DNA of 64,000 nt from assembly GCA_951406725.2 (NCBI GenBank), contig OX597838.1, positions 1,426,001 to 1,490,000 of the forward strand. Direction: 5' to 3'. The stretch's first letter is position 1, and each line of letters starts with the position of its first letter. The DNA comes from Octopus vulgaris (Eukaryota). Both the position numbers and the translations under genes were made by a program. Shown here in pieces: positions 39,566 to 51,850 of this stretch. The notes beneath the pieces were generated by a model, which did no database searches, was not told the DNA's origin, and saw only the letters and a list, made by a program, of their open reading frames with translations.

Positions 39566-40821
39566 CCGGACGAAGGAAGAGATTGATAACAACAATAACC
39601 AACAAGCTTATTGTGATGATGATGACGACGACGATGATTAAAACGCTGTTGATGGGAACAGAAAATGACGGACCCTAATGAAGAGAATGTTTTTATCAGT
39701 TCTATCGGTTAAAGCCGACTTAGTACCACGACCATCCTGTCTTTTATTCAGATATCATATATGTCAACCAGCGTAGTCTTAAACAAAATTATGTTTGATA
39801 TGGTGCATTGATCCAGGGAAGTTTTGTTGCTATTTCTAGGAGTGGCACGACTACATAGAGGATGCCATCCTGGTTCATAAGAGTATCAGTTTATGAGAAA
39901 AGTAACGATATATCAGTATACACAGCAGCGACATCTACCAATCAAGTTGTCAACTAATAGATGCGTTATTGAATATTTGCACAACATTCATAGACAAAAC
40001 CTCTGATTGTCTTTATTGGAAACGAAGTGGTTCTGTCTTTTTTTAGTCGGAAGCAAAATAAGAAAAATATATTAATGTGCGCACGCGCGTGTGTGCGTGT
40101 TTGTATTTATACACACACACACATACGTATATGTATACACGTGTATGCATGTATATATATGTATATGCACACACATGTATAAATACATACATATACATAC
40201 ATACACACACGCACACACACACACATATACATATATACGTATATGCACACATAATGTATTATTTATATCTATATGTCTATTTCTTGTAAGCGTGTGTATG
40301 TTTCTGTATTTCATATGAACAATTTGACAGACGTTGTTCTTAGAATACATTCGCGTTCAGCCATTCCTTAAGTTGTACACTCTTGCGTTCTTGAAATTTT
40401 TCCGTCATCACGACCACCATTCCTACCACCACCACCATTCCTATCATCACAAAAACCGTCCTCTCTCGTCTCCTCCTCTTTGCTTTATGTTCTATAATTA
40501 CTGATGTAACTGTTGGTTTTTTTGTTACATCGGAGTCATTTGTGAGGAAATCTTTTATGGTAAAGGTAAAAAAATAAACTTGCTTCTGATTTCATCGTTT
40601 CCGTTTTCTTTTCATATTCTTTCTTTGATATTTTTTCTTTCAAAATGTTGCAAGCCTCTCCGTCACCGTCATACACTTTCTCTTCTTTCGGTTCGTTTCT
40701 ACAGGTGATACAGACGATGTAATTAAGAACAGATCATTTCTTCTTTTTCATTCAATTACTCAACACTTTCTTTCTCTTAATCACTCAACCACACGCTCCT
40801 CCCTTTCTTTCTTTTTCCCTT

Positions 40822-40877
<56 letters not shown>

Positions 40878-40972
40878 TCCTTCCTCCCTTCCTTCCTTCC
40901 TTTCATTTTTCACCTACCAACCTATTTACTAATCCACTTACCTATGTATCGACCCACCTGTCTCTTTAAATT

Positions 40973-41084
<112 letters not shown>

Positions 41085-41342
41085 AATTCATCTATTTATT
41101 TATCTATCATCTTACCCGTCCGTTCGTATATATATATATGTATATACATGTATATATATAGAGAGAGATAGAGAGAGGGGATAAGAAGGGTTTAGGTTAC
41201 TGATGATCTAAACCAACAAGTACGCTGTGTAAGTGCTGTAATCGGTAATCCGTTAGGATCCAAGTTCACAACGGATCCGTGGCTGGCTTCCAAATCAGCG
41301 GCTATAGATTAAAGGAAGTGGGAAACGAAACAAAGGCAGGTC

Positions 41343-41471
41343 AAGCTTATCAGATCATTTAGAAATACTTTAATTAATGTAAAGGTGAACCAAAGTAAGG
41401 AACAGTAACTCTTCGTTACTTTGATTCACATTTACATTAATTGAAATATTTTAAAATGATCTGATAAGCTT
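41343..41471. repeat. Long inverted repeat (56-bp arms, 50/56 complementary, 17-nt loop)
   Basis: Arms 41343-41398 and 41416-41471 aligned by eye. A weaker extension reaches ~41314-41491. Confidence 0.92.
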
Positions 41472-41516
41472 TGGTTTTGTTTTCCTCTTCCATTAATACA
41501 CACCCACACACACACG

Positions 41517-41550
<34 letters not shown>

Positions 41551-41551
41551 C

Positions 41552-41665
41552 ACGAGGGAGGGCTGGAACGTTCCTTGCTTTGGGTAAAAGAAAATACAGT
41601 TGGGTCAGTTAATTATGATTTTATTCAACATATTCCCCTCTAAGATTCATACATTTATTGCACCT
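41552..41665 (-). mobile_element. Mariner terminal fragment (TIR plus last codons)
   Basis: ACGAGGGAGGGCTGGAACGTTCC TIR-like end. The minus strand encodes RRCNKCMNLRGEYVE* (mariner C-terminal RWxKC...GEY.E). Confidence 0.8.
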
Positions 41666-41716
41666 TCTCGTATATACGGCATGCATAGACATATTATATA
41701 TATGAGTGTATATGTA

Positions 41717-41747
<31 letters not shown>

Positions 41748-41792
41748 TGATGTGTATGTGTGGTGTGTGTGTGTGTGTTGTGTTTGTGTATG

Positions 41793-41846
<54 letters not shown>

Positions 41847-41931
41847 CATATATATATATATACATATATATATTATATATATATACTGTATATATGTGTG
41901 TGTGTATATATTTATGAATGAGTATTACATA

Positions 41932-42300
41932 GGCGTAGGTGTGGCTGCATGGTTCCGCGTTCAGTTTCACTCGTGGCACCTTGGGCATGCGTCTTCTACC
42001 ATACTCTCGAGCCGACCAAAGTCTTGTGAGTGGATTTGGTAGTCAGAAACTGAAAGAAGTCCGTCATACGCGTGCGTCTTTGTGTTTGTGTTTGTCTCTG
42101 CCACCATTTGATAGCTGGTGTTGGCTTGTTTACGTCCCCGTAATTTAGCGTTCCGGCAATATAAAACACCGATAGAATAAGTACGAGATTTTATAACAAA
42201 GTCAATAAGTAATAGGGTCGATTCGATCAACTAGATATTCATCAAGGTGTTGCCCCAGCATGACAGGAGTCTAATGATTGAAACAAATGAAAAATAAAAG
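41932..42300 (+). mobile_element. Family A SINE with a head deletion
   Basis: GGCACCTTGGGCATGCGTCTTCTAC..GCCGACCAAAG..GAAACTGAAAGAAGTCCGTC..GATAGAATAAGTAC..GAAACAAATGAAAA. Confidence 0.88.
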
Positions 42301-42337
42301 ATATATATATATACAAAATGGGACAATATATATATAT

Positions 42338-42552
42338 AGGGAAAGTTTACGAAAAAAAAAAGAAGTCGCCATGATTGATCGTTAGCCACTACACACATTT
42401 TTTTCTCTCCTTGTTTTTTCTGTGTCCTTTTCTGTAGATGAGCGTAGGCTCGAAACGTAAAAGACTTTTTCTATTCCTGAGCGTTATACTAATACATCTG
42501 TTTGTTTTGTACACCACCTGTCTTCGTCTTTTGTTTTTTTCGTAAACTTTAT
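42338..42552 (+). mobile_element. Penelope pLTR-like element with inverted termini and a hammerhead motif
   Basis: AAAGTTTACGAAAAAAA at the left, TTTTTTTCGTAAACTTT at the right, set in (TA)n. It contains a minimal hammerhead. The same architecture occurs at 50060-50280. Confidence 0.65.
42424..42465 (+). ncRNA. Minimal type I hammerhead ribozyme motif (core variant)
   Basis: GTCCTTTT-CTGTAGA-T-GAGC-GTAG-GCTC-GAAAC-GTA-AAAGAC: stem I, core with A6>U, perfect stem II and a palindromic ACGT stem III. Confidence 0.65.
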
Positions 42553-42578
42553 ATATATCACACGCTCACGTGGTCTCT

Positions 42579-42688
<110 letters not shown>

Positions 42689-42864
42689 CAAAATGGGACA
42701 AGAATGCAAAAGATCCAGACAGTTAGGTGATAAAAAAAAAAGGACATAAAAAAATCCAGATAGACGATACAAAGAAAACAAGGACAGGTCATTCGGAGTT
42801 TTCTTTCTTCAGTCGAGTTCCAGATTATCTTAGCAATTTCGGCTGGTTATACTCGTTAGCAATT

Positions 42865-43263
42865 ACTTAGGGTAGGCAGTAGGTGATCTTTATGTAGTAA
42901 AACACACACAAAAATAAGCGAAATATAGGCGTGCGACTGAGATGAAAGCAGATTTACATCTGCCTTCATAGCACGTAAAGAAAATGGTCTCGCAGGAGTG
43001 TACGCAGCACATGCCCTACAGCAGTACTATGCATAGCTTTAATACTGAGATTGAAAAGCGGGGGCGAATTATGTCTACCTAATCTAAATAAATAAATGAA
43101 TAAATAAATAAAATATTTTGCATTCGATGCATAGTAATCAGAGTAACTTCATAATTTTATTGAATTAGGCGCATATTTTGCCATAAAAGGAAAATGTTGC
43201 TATCGATCTATTTTATTCAAAGTAGGCACTGCCTATCCTGCCTACCTAGGCGGCACGTCCCTG
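42865..43263. mobile_element. Probable hAT-like MITE remnant
   Basis: Right end GTAGGCACTGCCTATCCTGCCTACCTAGGCGGCACGTCCCTG, with a partial inverted match GGGTAGGCAGTAGG near 42870. Confidence 0.4.
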
Positions 43264-45106
43264 ATACACATATATATACATATATGTATGTATATATAAG
43301 TAAGTGTGTGTGTTAAAAATATTGTGTATGAATAATAGACAGGATGGTTACGGCTGGAATGTCTTTGATCATTGTTTATGCTGGATCAGGCATGGCCTGA
43401 CATCAAACACCGACAATATCATCACTTGTCCCTTTCTCTTTACCTTTTTACTTCATAAATTCCACGACCATTATCATTCTTGCCATCGTCTTGAATATTC
43501 TCACCATCATCTCTGGCACAGACATCTTTGGGGCAGCCAAGATGTGGTCAAATATTTTGGCTACTATGCTGTTCCCTGTTCAGTCCTACTACATGGCCAC
43601 TTGGACAAATGTCTTTTGAATGGATACAAATAATATAGTAAGCAAAGCCACACACACACACACACACACACACATACCGACACACATACAAAACACATAG
43701 ACACGAATATTCCTTTTAGACATTTCATTCCTTTGTCCACTCCCCTTCTACCTCTTTCACTTCCTCCACCTCCTACCCTTTCCTCAACCCAGCCGTTCCG
43801 CTTATATTTCCACCCCTGCCCACACCTCCCACATTCATCCTAGATCCTATTTATCAATGACTCTTGACCTCTGACCCATCACCGTTCAATCCACACAGAC
43901 CAAATGAGAGCAAGGCTTTAGCTAATATCTAAATCATAAAACTGTGATCGATAGAGATTGAAATGAATCTCTCAGCCTGACGTCACACAGATCGATAAGT
44001 TTGTAACATTATAGAAATCGATTGTTTGGATGAGATTAAATCGAAAATGCGATGCGATCTGTTTCTTTCCTTTAAGTGCCACTGTGTGCACTATTATCAG
44101 TGCCGCTGAGTGCACGAGACTTTGGACTGTTGTATGACTTAACCTGTGTACCAACTTATACCTGTGCATCAGCGGCACCATGTACCTGTTCATTAGTGCT
44201 GGGCTGTCCAAGAACCACAGTGCCACAGTTTTCGTGGTGCCCTGTTCCTCAGCCACAATGCCGCTGTTCTCTAGTACATTGTTGCTGTGTGCCTAAAGGC
44301 CTGTGGCTGATCGTAGAGATCTAAGTACACATTTCAGATATGCAGTGAATTTATCGATCTCCAACGAACCAATAAGATACGGGACATAAGGAGACATGAC
44401 GTAAACAACTAACGGAAACACACACACACACACACATATATACATTCTTGTGTTCCATTCTACAATGCAGTGTACGTCGAGTGGCTTCAGTGATATCTCA
44501 GAAGAGATTAGTCACTGCCCGTGGGTCTTCACGGCCCTTCCCGCGGCACAACGCAACCAGTTTAGAAGAAGTGAGACAGTGTGTGAGAGAGAACGACCCA
44601 TAGTATTTGGCTGGTACTTCATTCATCGATCCTGTTAGAAGGAATGCCGTAGCCGTACTCGGAGTTGGGACGAATATGGCGAGACATTCTCTTCAACGTT
44701 ATTACGATTCTGCTTTGTTGCTGCCATAGACTGAAATAAATAAATACAATGATGTTGCGCATAGAAGCAGAAATATCGACAGCTACAGATTTACGCACAC
44801 CCAGAGAAAGACAGGCACTCACGGGTACATATACATACGGCACGCAGATTTGCATACACACCTACTGCACTCTTGTATATGCACACAAGCATATTCACAT
44901 GCACGCATACACTCTGACACACGGATCCATACAAACATATCTATCTATCTGTCTGTCTGTTTGACAATATGTTTGTGAGTGTGTGTGTATGTATATACAT
45001 ATATATATACATATACACACTTATATATATATACATATATATACATACATATATATATACATATATATATGCATATATATACATATATATATATACATAT
45101 ACATAT

Positions 45107-45157
<51 letters not shown>

Positions 45158-46181
45158 CACACACATATATATACATACATATATACATATATATATATTT
45201 ATATATATATATATGTATAGATATATATATATGTATATATATATACATATATACATACATATATATATTTATAAGTATATATATGTATGCATATTGTTTC
45301 CATACAAGCATACCTATGTGTGTGTCGCTTAGTGTTTGTGTGTGAATGTGTGTGTGTATGTGAGTATGTGTGTATGTTTGTGTGTGTGCGTGTGCATTGT
45401 GTGTTATCTATTTTTATGTGCATATATACACACACACATATACATCCCATCTCTCTGCTCTGATAAAATTTTTATAATTTCATTTAAATCAATTTTAATT
45501 TTGACCAATTATATAATTAATTATTTAATTAACGAAATGGAAGAAATATGCTAATTACATTGGCGACACACAGACATCCCACTCATTCACAAAGCAGAAA
45601 CGCAAAACAAAAAAATGAAGACTAAGTAAAATGAAAGCCAAAACCAAACCACAAATAAGCAACAACTGTGAACGTATTTTCTCTAAGAGATTGTCTTTAA
45701 AAGTAGAAACAGCTTCGAAATATAACCAACGGCTGACTGATGGTAGACGGATGGATTGGAATCAAGTGTTGACGTCAGCTGACGTTTATTGACGTTGAGT
45801 GGCGTTGAGTGGCCAACATTTTGGCGTTGACTGACGTTTAAAGATGTGTAGCGTTTGGCGGTAAAGCGGTACAATGTGAAGGGGGTGGCAAGGGCAGTGA
45901 ATAAATGGAATTACTAGTTTAGTATAGAGACGGGGATAGGTGGGGTAGGAGAAGGGAACGGGAGGAGCAGGAGGAGGTACGAATAGAATTATGTATATCG
46001 TTACATCTGACTGCCTGTGTGTCTGACTACCTGCTTGTCTGTTTGCCAGTCTGTCTGTTTATCTAGCTATCCATCTATGATCTCACACAACCTCATTAAT
46101 GTACATATATGCGCATGTATATACTATTCGAATATCCATAAAGCAGTGTGTGTTTGCATACATACATACATACACTTCCCC

Positions 46182-46232
<51 letters not shown>

Positions 46233-46367
46233 TTATACACACATGTGTGTATATGTAATCATATATATATACATTCATTCACACACAGATACACACACTT
46301 ATACATACATGTATAAATATATATACAAATATACATACATACACATCCCCCATATATATAACTGGTG

Positions 46368-46404
<37 letters not shown>

Positions 46405-46487
46405 CATACACACGCAAATACACACACACTTATACATACATATATATATATACATATATATATATACATATATATATACATATATAC

Positions 46488-46518
<31 letters not shown>

Positions 46519-47238
46519 CTTATACACAGGCATATATGTGTATGTGTTTGTGAGTATGTGAGAGCCAATGGAGCAGGCAATACCTTTAAATGGCTTGAAT
46601 GCCATCCTATACAATTTAACTATCAAAGAATTTCGCTCTATGAAATCTATTGAAAGCACCGCTGAGAGTCGTAGAGTTGTGAGGTTTTGGAAGATGCAAC
46701 TTTGCGATGAATGAATAAATGCTTCTTTGTGTTGGATAGGATTCACTGTGTCAAACTTTCACAGTGATTCACATTATGGGGCTAAGTACAAACACATTAT
46801 CTCTCCCTCTCTCTTTCTCTCTCTTACTAGCTATTATCTGTTTGCCTGTCGGGTGGTTTCTCTCTCTCTTTCTCTATCTATCTATGTACAGATATACATA
46901 TATACCTGCAAAACCAATAACAAGCTATGATTAGAAAACCTTAGATACATCACATTTTATAGATAGGCAATCAATATTTTATAGGCTATTGTGTTTATGC
47001 TTACAGTTGTATATACAAATATACACATATATACATGCAAATGCATAGATGCATCCAGTCACATACGTACATACATGCATACATACATAGATACATACAT
47101 ATATACATACATGCATGCATACATACATACATGCATACATACATACATGCATACATACATACATGCATACATACATACATACATACATACATACATGCAT
47201 GCATGCATACATACATACATACATAATACATACATACA

Positions 47239-47272
<34 letters not shown>

Positions 47273-47756
47273 CATACATACATGCATACATACATACATA
47301 CATACATACATTCATTAATGACTTGTTTTGAATAATATTTATGATACCAAGAAACAGATCAGGTCACAACTTTTTTCTGTGACGTTGCAATGGAGTTTGG
47401 TCAGGGAAAGTGTTCATATTTTGTCATCATTTGTGAGAAAAGTGTTGATTAGACGAAGACCATGGATACCAATGTCCTGTCCGTTTCCTTTTTCTCTCCG
47501 ATGACAAACACAACGTGTCTTGGAATTGATGGGAAGAAAGTTGTTGCAATTTATCTCCATATGAATGTAACTATCAAGTTGTCTCGCGTAAAAATTTTCA
47601 TTTACATTGAGATTGGAGTCGCTTTGCTGTCGTTTTGTTAGTTCCGGATTCATTGACACTTTTGCTGAGGGCAGGGATGTAGGTCATTTAAATTTCATAA
47701 ATGTATTCCTGAAGTTGAAACGTAAAGACAAAACTAATCTAATCTCTATACTGTTA

Positions 47757-48025
47757 GCCGGAAGAAATGCCGCGAAGCATTTTCTGCGACGTGCTAACGA
47801 TTCTGCCAGCTTGCCGCCTTAACAGCAACAACAACAACTATAATAAAAATGTATTTCGTCTGTCGTTACGTTCTGAGTTCAAATTCTGCCGAGGTCGACT
47901 TTGCCTTTCATCCTTTCGGGGTCGATTAAATAAGTAGCAGTTACGCACTGGAGTCGATGTAATCGACTTAATCCCCTTGTTTGTCCTCTCTATGTTTAGG
48001 CCCCTGTGGGCAATAAATACATAAA
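47757..48025. mobile_element. Family B SINE head (minus, 47757-47820) and body (plus, 47850-48025)
   Basis: GTGCTAACGATTCTGCCAGCTTGCCGCC, then GTATTTCGTCTGTCGTTACGTTCTGAGTTCAAATTC..GTGGGCAATAAA. Confidence 0.88.
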
Positions 48026-48058
48026 TAAATAATAATAATTATAATAATAATAATAATA

Positions 48059-48812
48059 ACATGTCGTGTATGTCGACAACAAAATGAAACCATTGATCAT
48101 GTTGTCTCCAAGTGCAGTCTTCTAGCGCCTACAGAGTACCTCAACAGGCATGATAGAGCTGCACAATATATTCACTGGGTAATTTGCAAAAACCTGGATT
48201 TGCTCCATGAAAAAAACTGGTGGGAACACAATCCACCTCCACTGCTTGAAAATGACCACATCTCACTCCTCTGGAACTTCACCATTCAAACTGACAGAAA
48301 GATAGATGCAAACAGGCCAGAAATCATATTGAAAGACTTCAGACAAAGAACATGCCTCCTCATTGATATGACTGTCCCAATCGATATAAACGTACCTACC
48401 AAAAACTGAGCACATATAAAGCTCTGGAAATAGAAATCAGCAAAATGTGGAACCTGAAGACTAAAACAATACCTGTTGTCATAGGTGCCCTGGGAATGAT
48501 AGCGAAAGGGGCTGAGTACTACCTTACTCAGATACCAGGAAACCCCAAAATGGCACAAATTCAAAAGATAGTGCTCATGGGAACTGCTCATATCCTACGC
48601 AAAATACTCTCTATGTAATCTCAAGGTTTAAAACAAACTTTTTTTTAAAAATCTATTTAGTAGACATTCACTAGTACAACACCAACCCCCCCCCAAATAT
48701 ATGGCACACTAGGCATAACAACAATGTGAACTTCCAGCCTGTTGTCTCTTGAGGTATCTGGGTGAGACTTGGAGCCAACTTGTACAAACATAAAGCAAAA
48801 GTCAAACATAGA
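48059..48812 (+). pseudogene. R4/Dong-clade non-LTR retrotransposon 3' end (CCHC plus PD-(D/E)xK endonuclease and 3'UTR), 5'-truncated
   Basis: CRVC..ETIDHVVSKC..LAPTEYLNRHDRAAQYIHW..WWEH..LLWNFTIQTDRKIDANRPEII..CLLIDMTVP..YKALEIEISKMW..IPVVIGALG..IQKIVLMGTAHILRKILSM* (stop at 48616). Frameshift near 48405. Flanked by (AAT)n. Confidence 0.93.
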
Positions 48813-48845
48813 ATAATAATAATAATGATAATGATAATAATAATA

Positions 48846-49290
48846 TAAAGATTTGCTAATCGACATCGAAAAGATGTGACTTCTCAAGACGGTTACGATA
48901 CCAGTAATTGCAGGAGCACTTGGAATGATAAGAAAAGGAACTGAAAATTATTAAAGAATGATCCCTGGCCTTCCATCCATGCAGGAAGTGTAAAAAATTG
49001 TCTTAACTGCTACTTCACATGTACCGAGACGAGCAATGTTGCTGTGAATTTTCTTTCCTTTTTTCTTCCTTATTTTCTTTGTTTACTTTTTATTTTTATT
49101 TTTTATTTTTTCTCTCTCTCTTTCTTCCCCTTTTTCTCTACCACCTGACTTTGTAAATGAACAATCGGGTGTGTTTATTTTAATGGCCTACAAATGTATA
49201 CAGTGCGTTTCTCTGCTCAAGGTGTCAGGAAGACACTCGGCAAGAAATGGAAACAGAATTGAAAGATGATAATGAAAATAAAAATAAAAA
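48846..49290 (+). pseudogene. Second, more diverged R4/Dong 3' end (different subfamily)
   Basis: YKDLLIDIEKM*LLKTVTIPVIAGALGMIRKG..IPGLPSMQEV*KIVLTATSHVPRRAMLL*, followed by a T-rich 3'UTR and an A-rich tail. Confidence 0.88.
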
Positions 49291-50019
49291 ATATCAATAT
49301 TCATAATAATGTGTTGACGCCCGATGCAATTTTGTGGACACGTTCAATGTGGTTCACTGGTGCATAAATGTATATTTTGAAAACTGTTTCAAGGAGAATA
49401 ATATATGTGTGTAACGTATTATCAAGAACGATCATCTCATTAAAAAAAAAAAGTAGAGGAAAAATGCTGATGTTCATCTTCAAAAGACATTAATTGCGTC
49501 ATGTCCTTTAAGGCGATGATATGCAGAGACTCTATGGTACCAGGCAACGGTATATTGAACTCACTGCCTAGTAAACTCAACTAGCACCTACGCTGTTTCT
49601 GATCCAGAAGATGAACCATCATCGCCTCTCCATGAGAGTATGTTCCGAAACTGAAGGACAGTGAAACTGAAAGACTGGATCGTATTGGCTTTTGAATACT
49701 CATATAGCAATGAGGACAACAGATAAGAAGTCTATTCATTAAAGAGTCAAAGAAACACGGCTACTGAACCGAAGGGATGGAGTTTTGAGTGGAAATGAGG
49801 CATATTTTTGTTAAATAAACCTCAATTACAAACAGGCCAGCTGCCGTTGGGTTCCACTTGACTGTCAGATAATCGCCTTACGCACAATAAATGTGTGGAA
49901 GATTCTGCAGACATTCACCAACGAGCAACCAATAATCTCCAGGAATCTCTAAAAGTTGTCCCACGTAACTGGAGGCAACTGTAAAAACTCCATACACGTT
50001 TGTGCGCACGCAAGCACAG

Positions 50020-50058
<39 letters not shown>

Positions 50059-50310
50059 TACACTCACACCCCCACTTTGTCTAACCACACACGTGCTTTT
50101 CTTGGACTTTTCCCTCTCTCCAGACGTTTTCTCTTTCCGCTTTCTGACGAAGAGCTATACCCGAAACGCTACACACTATCTTTTCTATCTTAATCTTAGC
50201 AGCAACCTAATACATTCACTGTGTATGCCTTTTTGACTTCTTTTTGCTTTTACTATTGTTTTTATTTTCGACTTGCCTATATATATATTTGTATATATAT
50301 ATTTTTCAAA

Positions 50311-50540
50311 GACCCCCTTCGGTTAGGCACTGACCATGGGTTTGCACCTAGAGAGATACCCTCTGAGGCACAAGTCTGGGCAAGGTTGTTTTATGGAAGA
50401 CCAGCAGTCGCCCATGCATACCGGCCTCCCCTCTCCACGTCACCGATGTTGTCCAAGGGAAAGGCAAGGGCCGATACAGCTTGGCACCTGTGACGTCGCA
50501 ACTCATTTCTACAGCTGAGTGAACTGGAGCAACCTGAATA
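50311..50540 (-). mobile_element. Family D-core SINE 3' part with an RTE-like tail
   Basis: CTCATTT..CAGCTGAGTGAACTGGAGCAAC matches the core at 13580-13612. The tail (TGACCATGGG..GCACCTAGA..GAGGCACAAG..GGAAGACCAGCAGTCGCCC) differs from the other D copies. RTE origin is inferred. Confidence 0.75.
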
Positions 50541-50850
50541 TATATATATATGCTTACAGGGCATGATTTGAGGCATATGTTGACTGATATTATTGACATG
50601 TAGAAACAATATGTAAAAGCTATTACGTTGGCCTTTGCAAGCGTGTGCACGTTAGACTGTAGGGTTTAATTAAATGATAACTTGGTTTCTACTTCTACCC
50701 ACTGATTGTTTAGAAAAAGCTGTCATGAGCCATAGCGATAAGAATATAATCAAACCGACACCATTAGACTCCATTCCTCTCTCTTTCCATCTAAGTATCT
50801 CTTCGTGTGTTTCTCATTCTCTGAATGTATTTCGTTATTCCAGAGAGAAA

Positions 50851-50904
<54 letters not shown>

Positions 50905-51397
50905 GGAGGAAGAATTTTCCCTCAGAGAGTGAAGAAGGAAGCAAAACGCATGCCTATAGTCAAGCCATACAGTGATATCACCACTTATCCTCACCTTTAT
51001 GCGTACCTAATTATTTTGCTAGCGCTTCACTGTTTCAGCTACCCGAGCTTTCCCCATCTCTTTTTCTTGACAGTGAATGCTGTGTTGAGGGATATACGAC
51101 CGTTATTTCTTGAAAAGATAAAAATACAAAGAGAAAAAAGACGAATAAAAGCTTCCTTGTGAGATGGGAATAATAAAAAAAATATGGATTGTTTGATGTT
51201 CATTTTGTAGTTTCGGGATAAAAGGTGAACATATAGACAGGCAGTTCGCATTTACATACACGTATGTACTTGTAGGTGTATATACGCTCATGCGTACAAC
51301 CATATACATGCATATACGGAAATGTGTGCATAAAGTCACATATACCAAGATACATACATACATACATACATACATACATGCATATACATACATGCAT

Positions 51398-51428
<31 letters not shown>

Positions 51429-51811
51429 CATAATTACATTCATAAAAATACAAGTACATACATATGCATGAGAAGATATAGATAAAACAAAATATACATT
51501 TCTACAAGTGTACATACGTATATATATACATACAAAAATACATTGTTTATGTTGCAATTCCAATAAAAGAGCCTTGGATCTAGGTTAGAAACCGTCTATT
51601 TATTGGCAAGAAAGTTTGAAATAAAGCTGAAAAATCACACACATACATTCATACATACATAAATGCTTACATAGATACATACATGCATACATACTTACAT
51701 ACATACATACATGCATAATTACATATATACATAGATATTTACATACACTTACGTACACACATACATACACACATATAAACACATACATACATACATACAT
51801 ACATACATACA

Positions 51812-51845
<34 letters not shown>

Positions 51846-51850
51846 CACAA

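Noticed and set aside
40675-40725. Strong 3' splice acceptor and possible 14-nt microexon (also acceptor-like sites at ~3580 and ~33764)
   Set aside because: Pyrimidine tracts are abundant here, there is no recognisable coding exon chain, and it cannot be supported without transcripts.
47345-47660. Short R4-like (MEFGQGKC) and CR1-like (GIHGLRLINTFLTN) peptide traces
   Set aside because: Too short and degenerate to delimit as features, although they are probably LINE debris.
47757-48025. Twin-priming 5' inversion of one SINE
   Set aside because: The geometry fits, but the head and body differ in divergence, are separated by a ~28-nt linker and show no TSD. Independent insertions are simpler.
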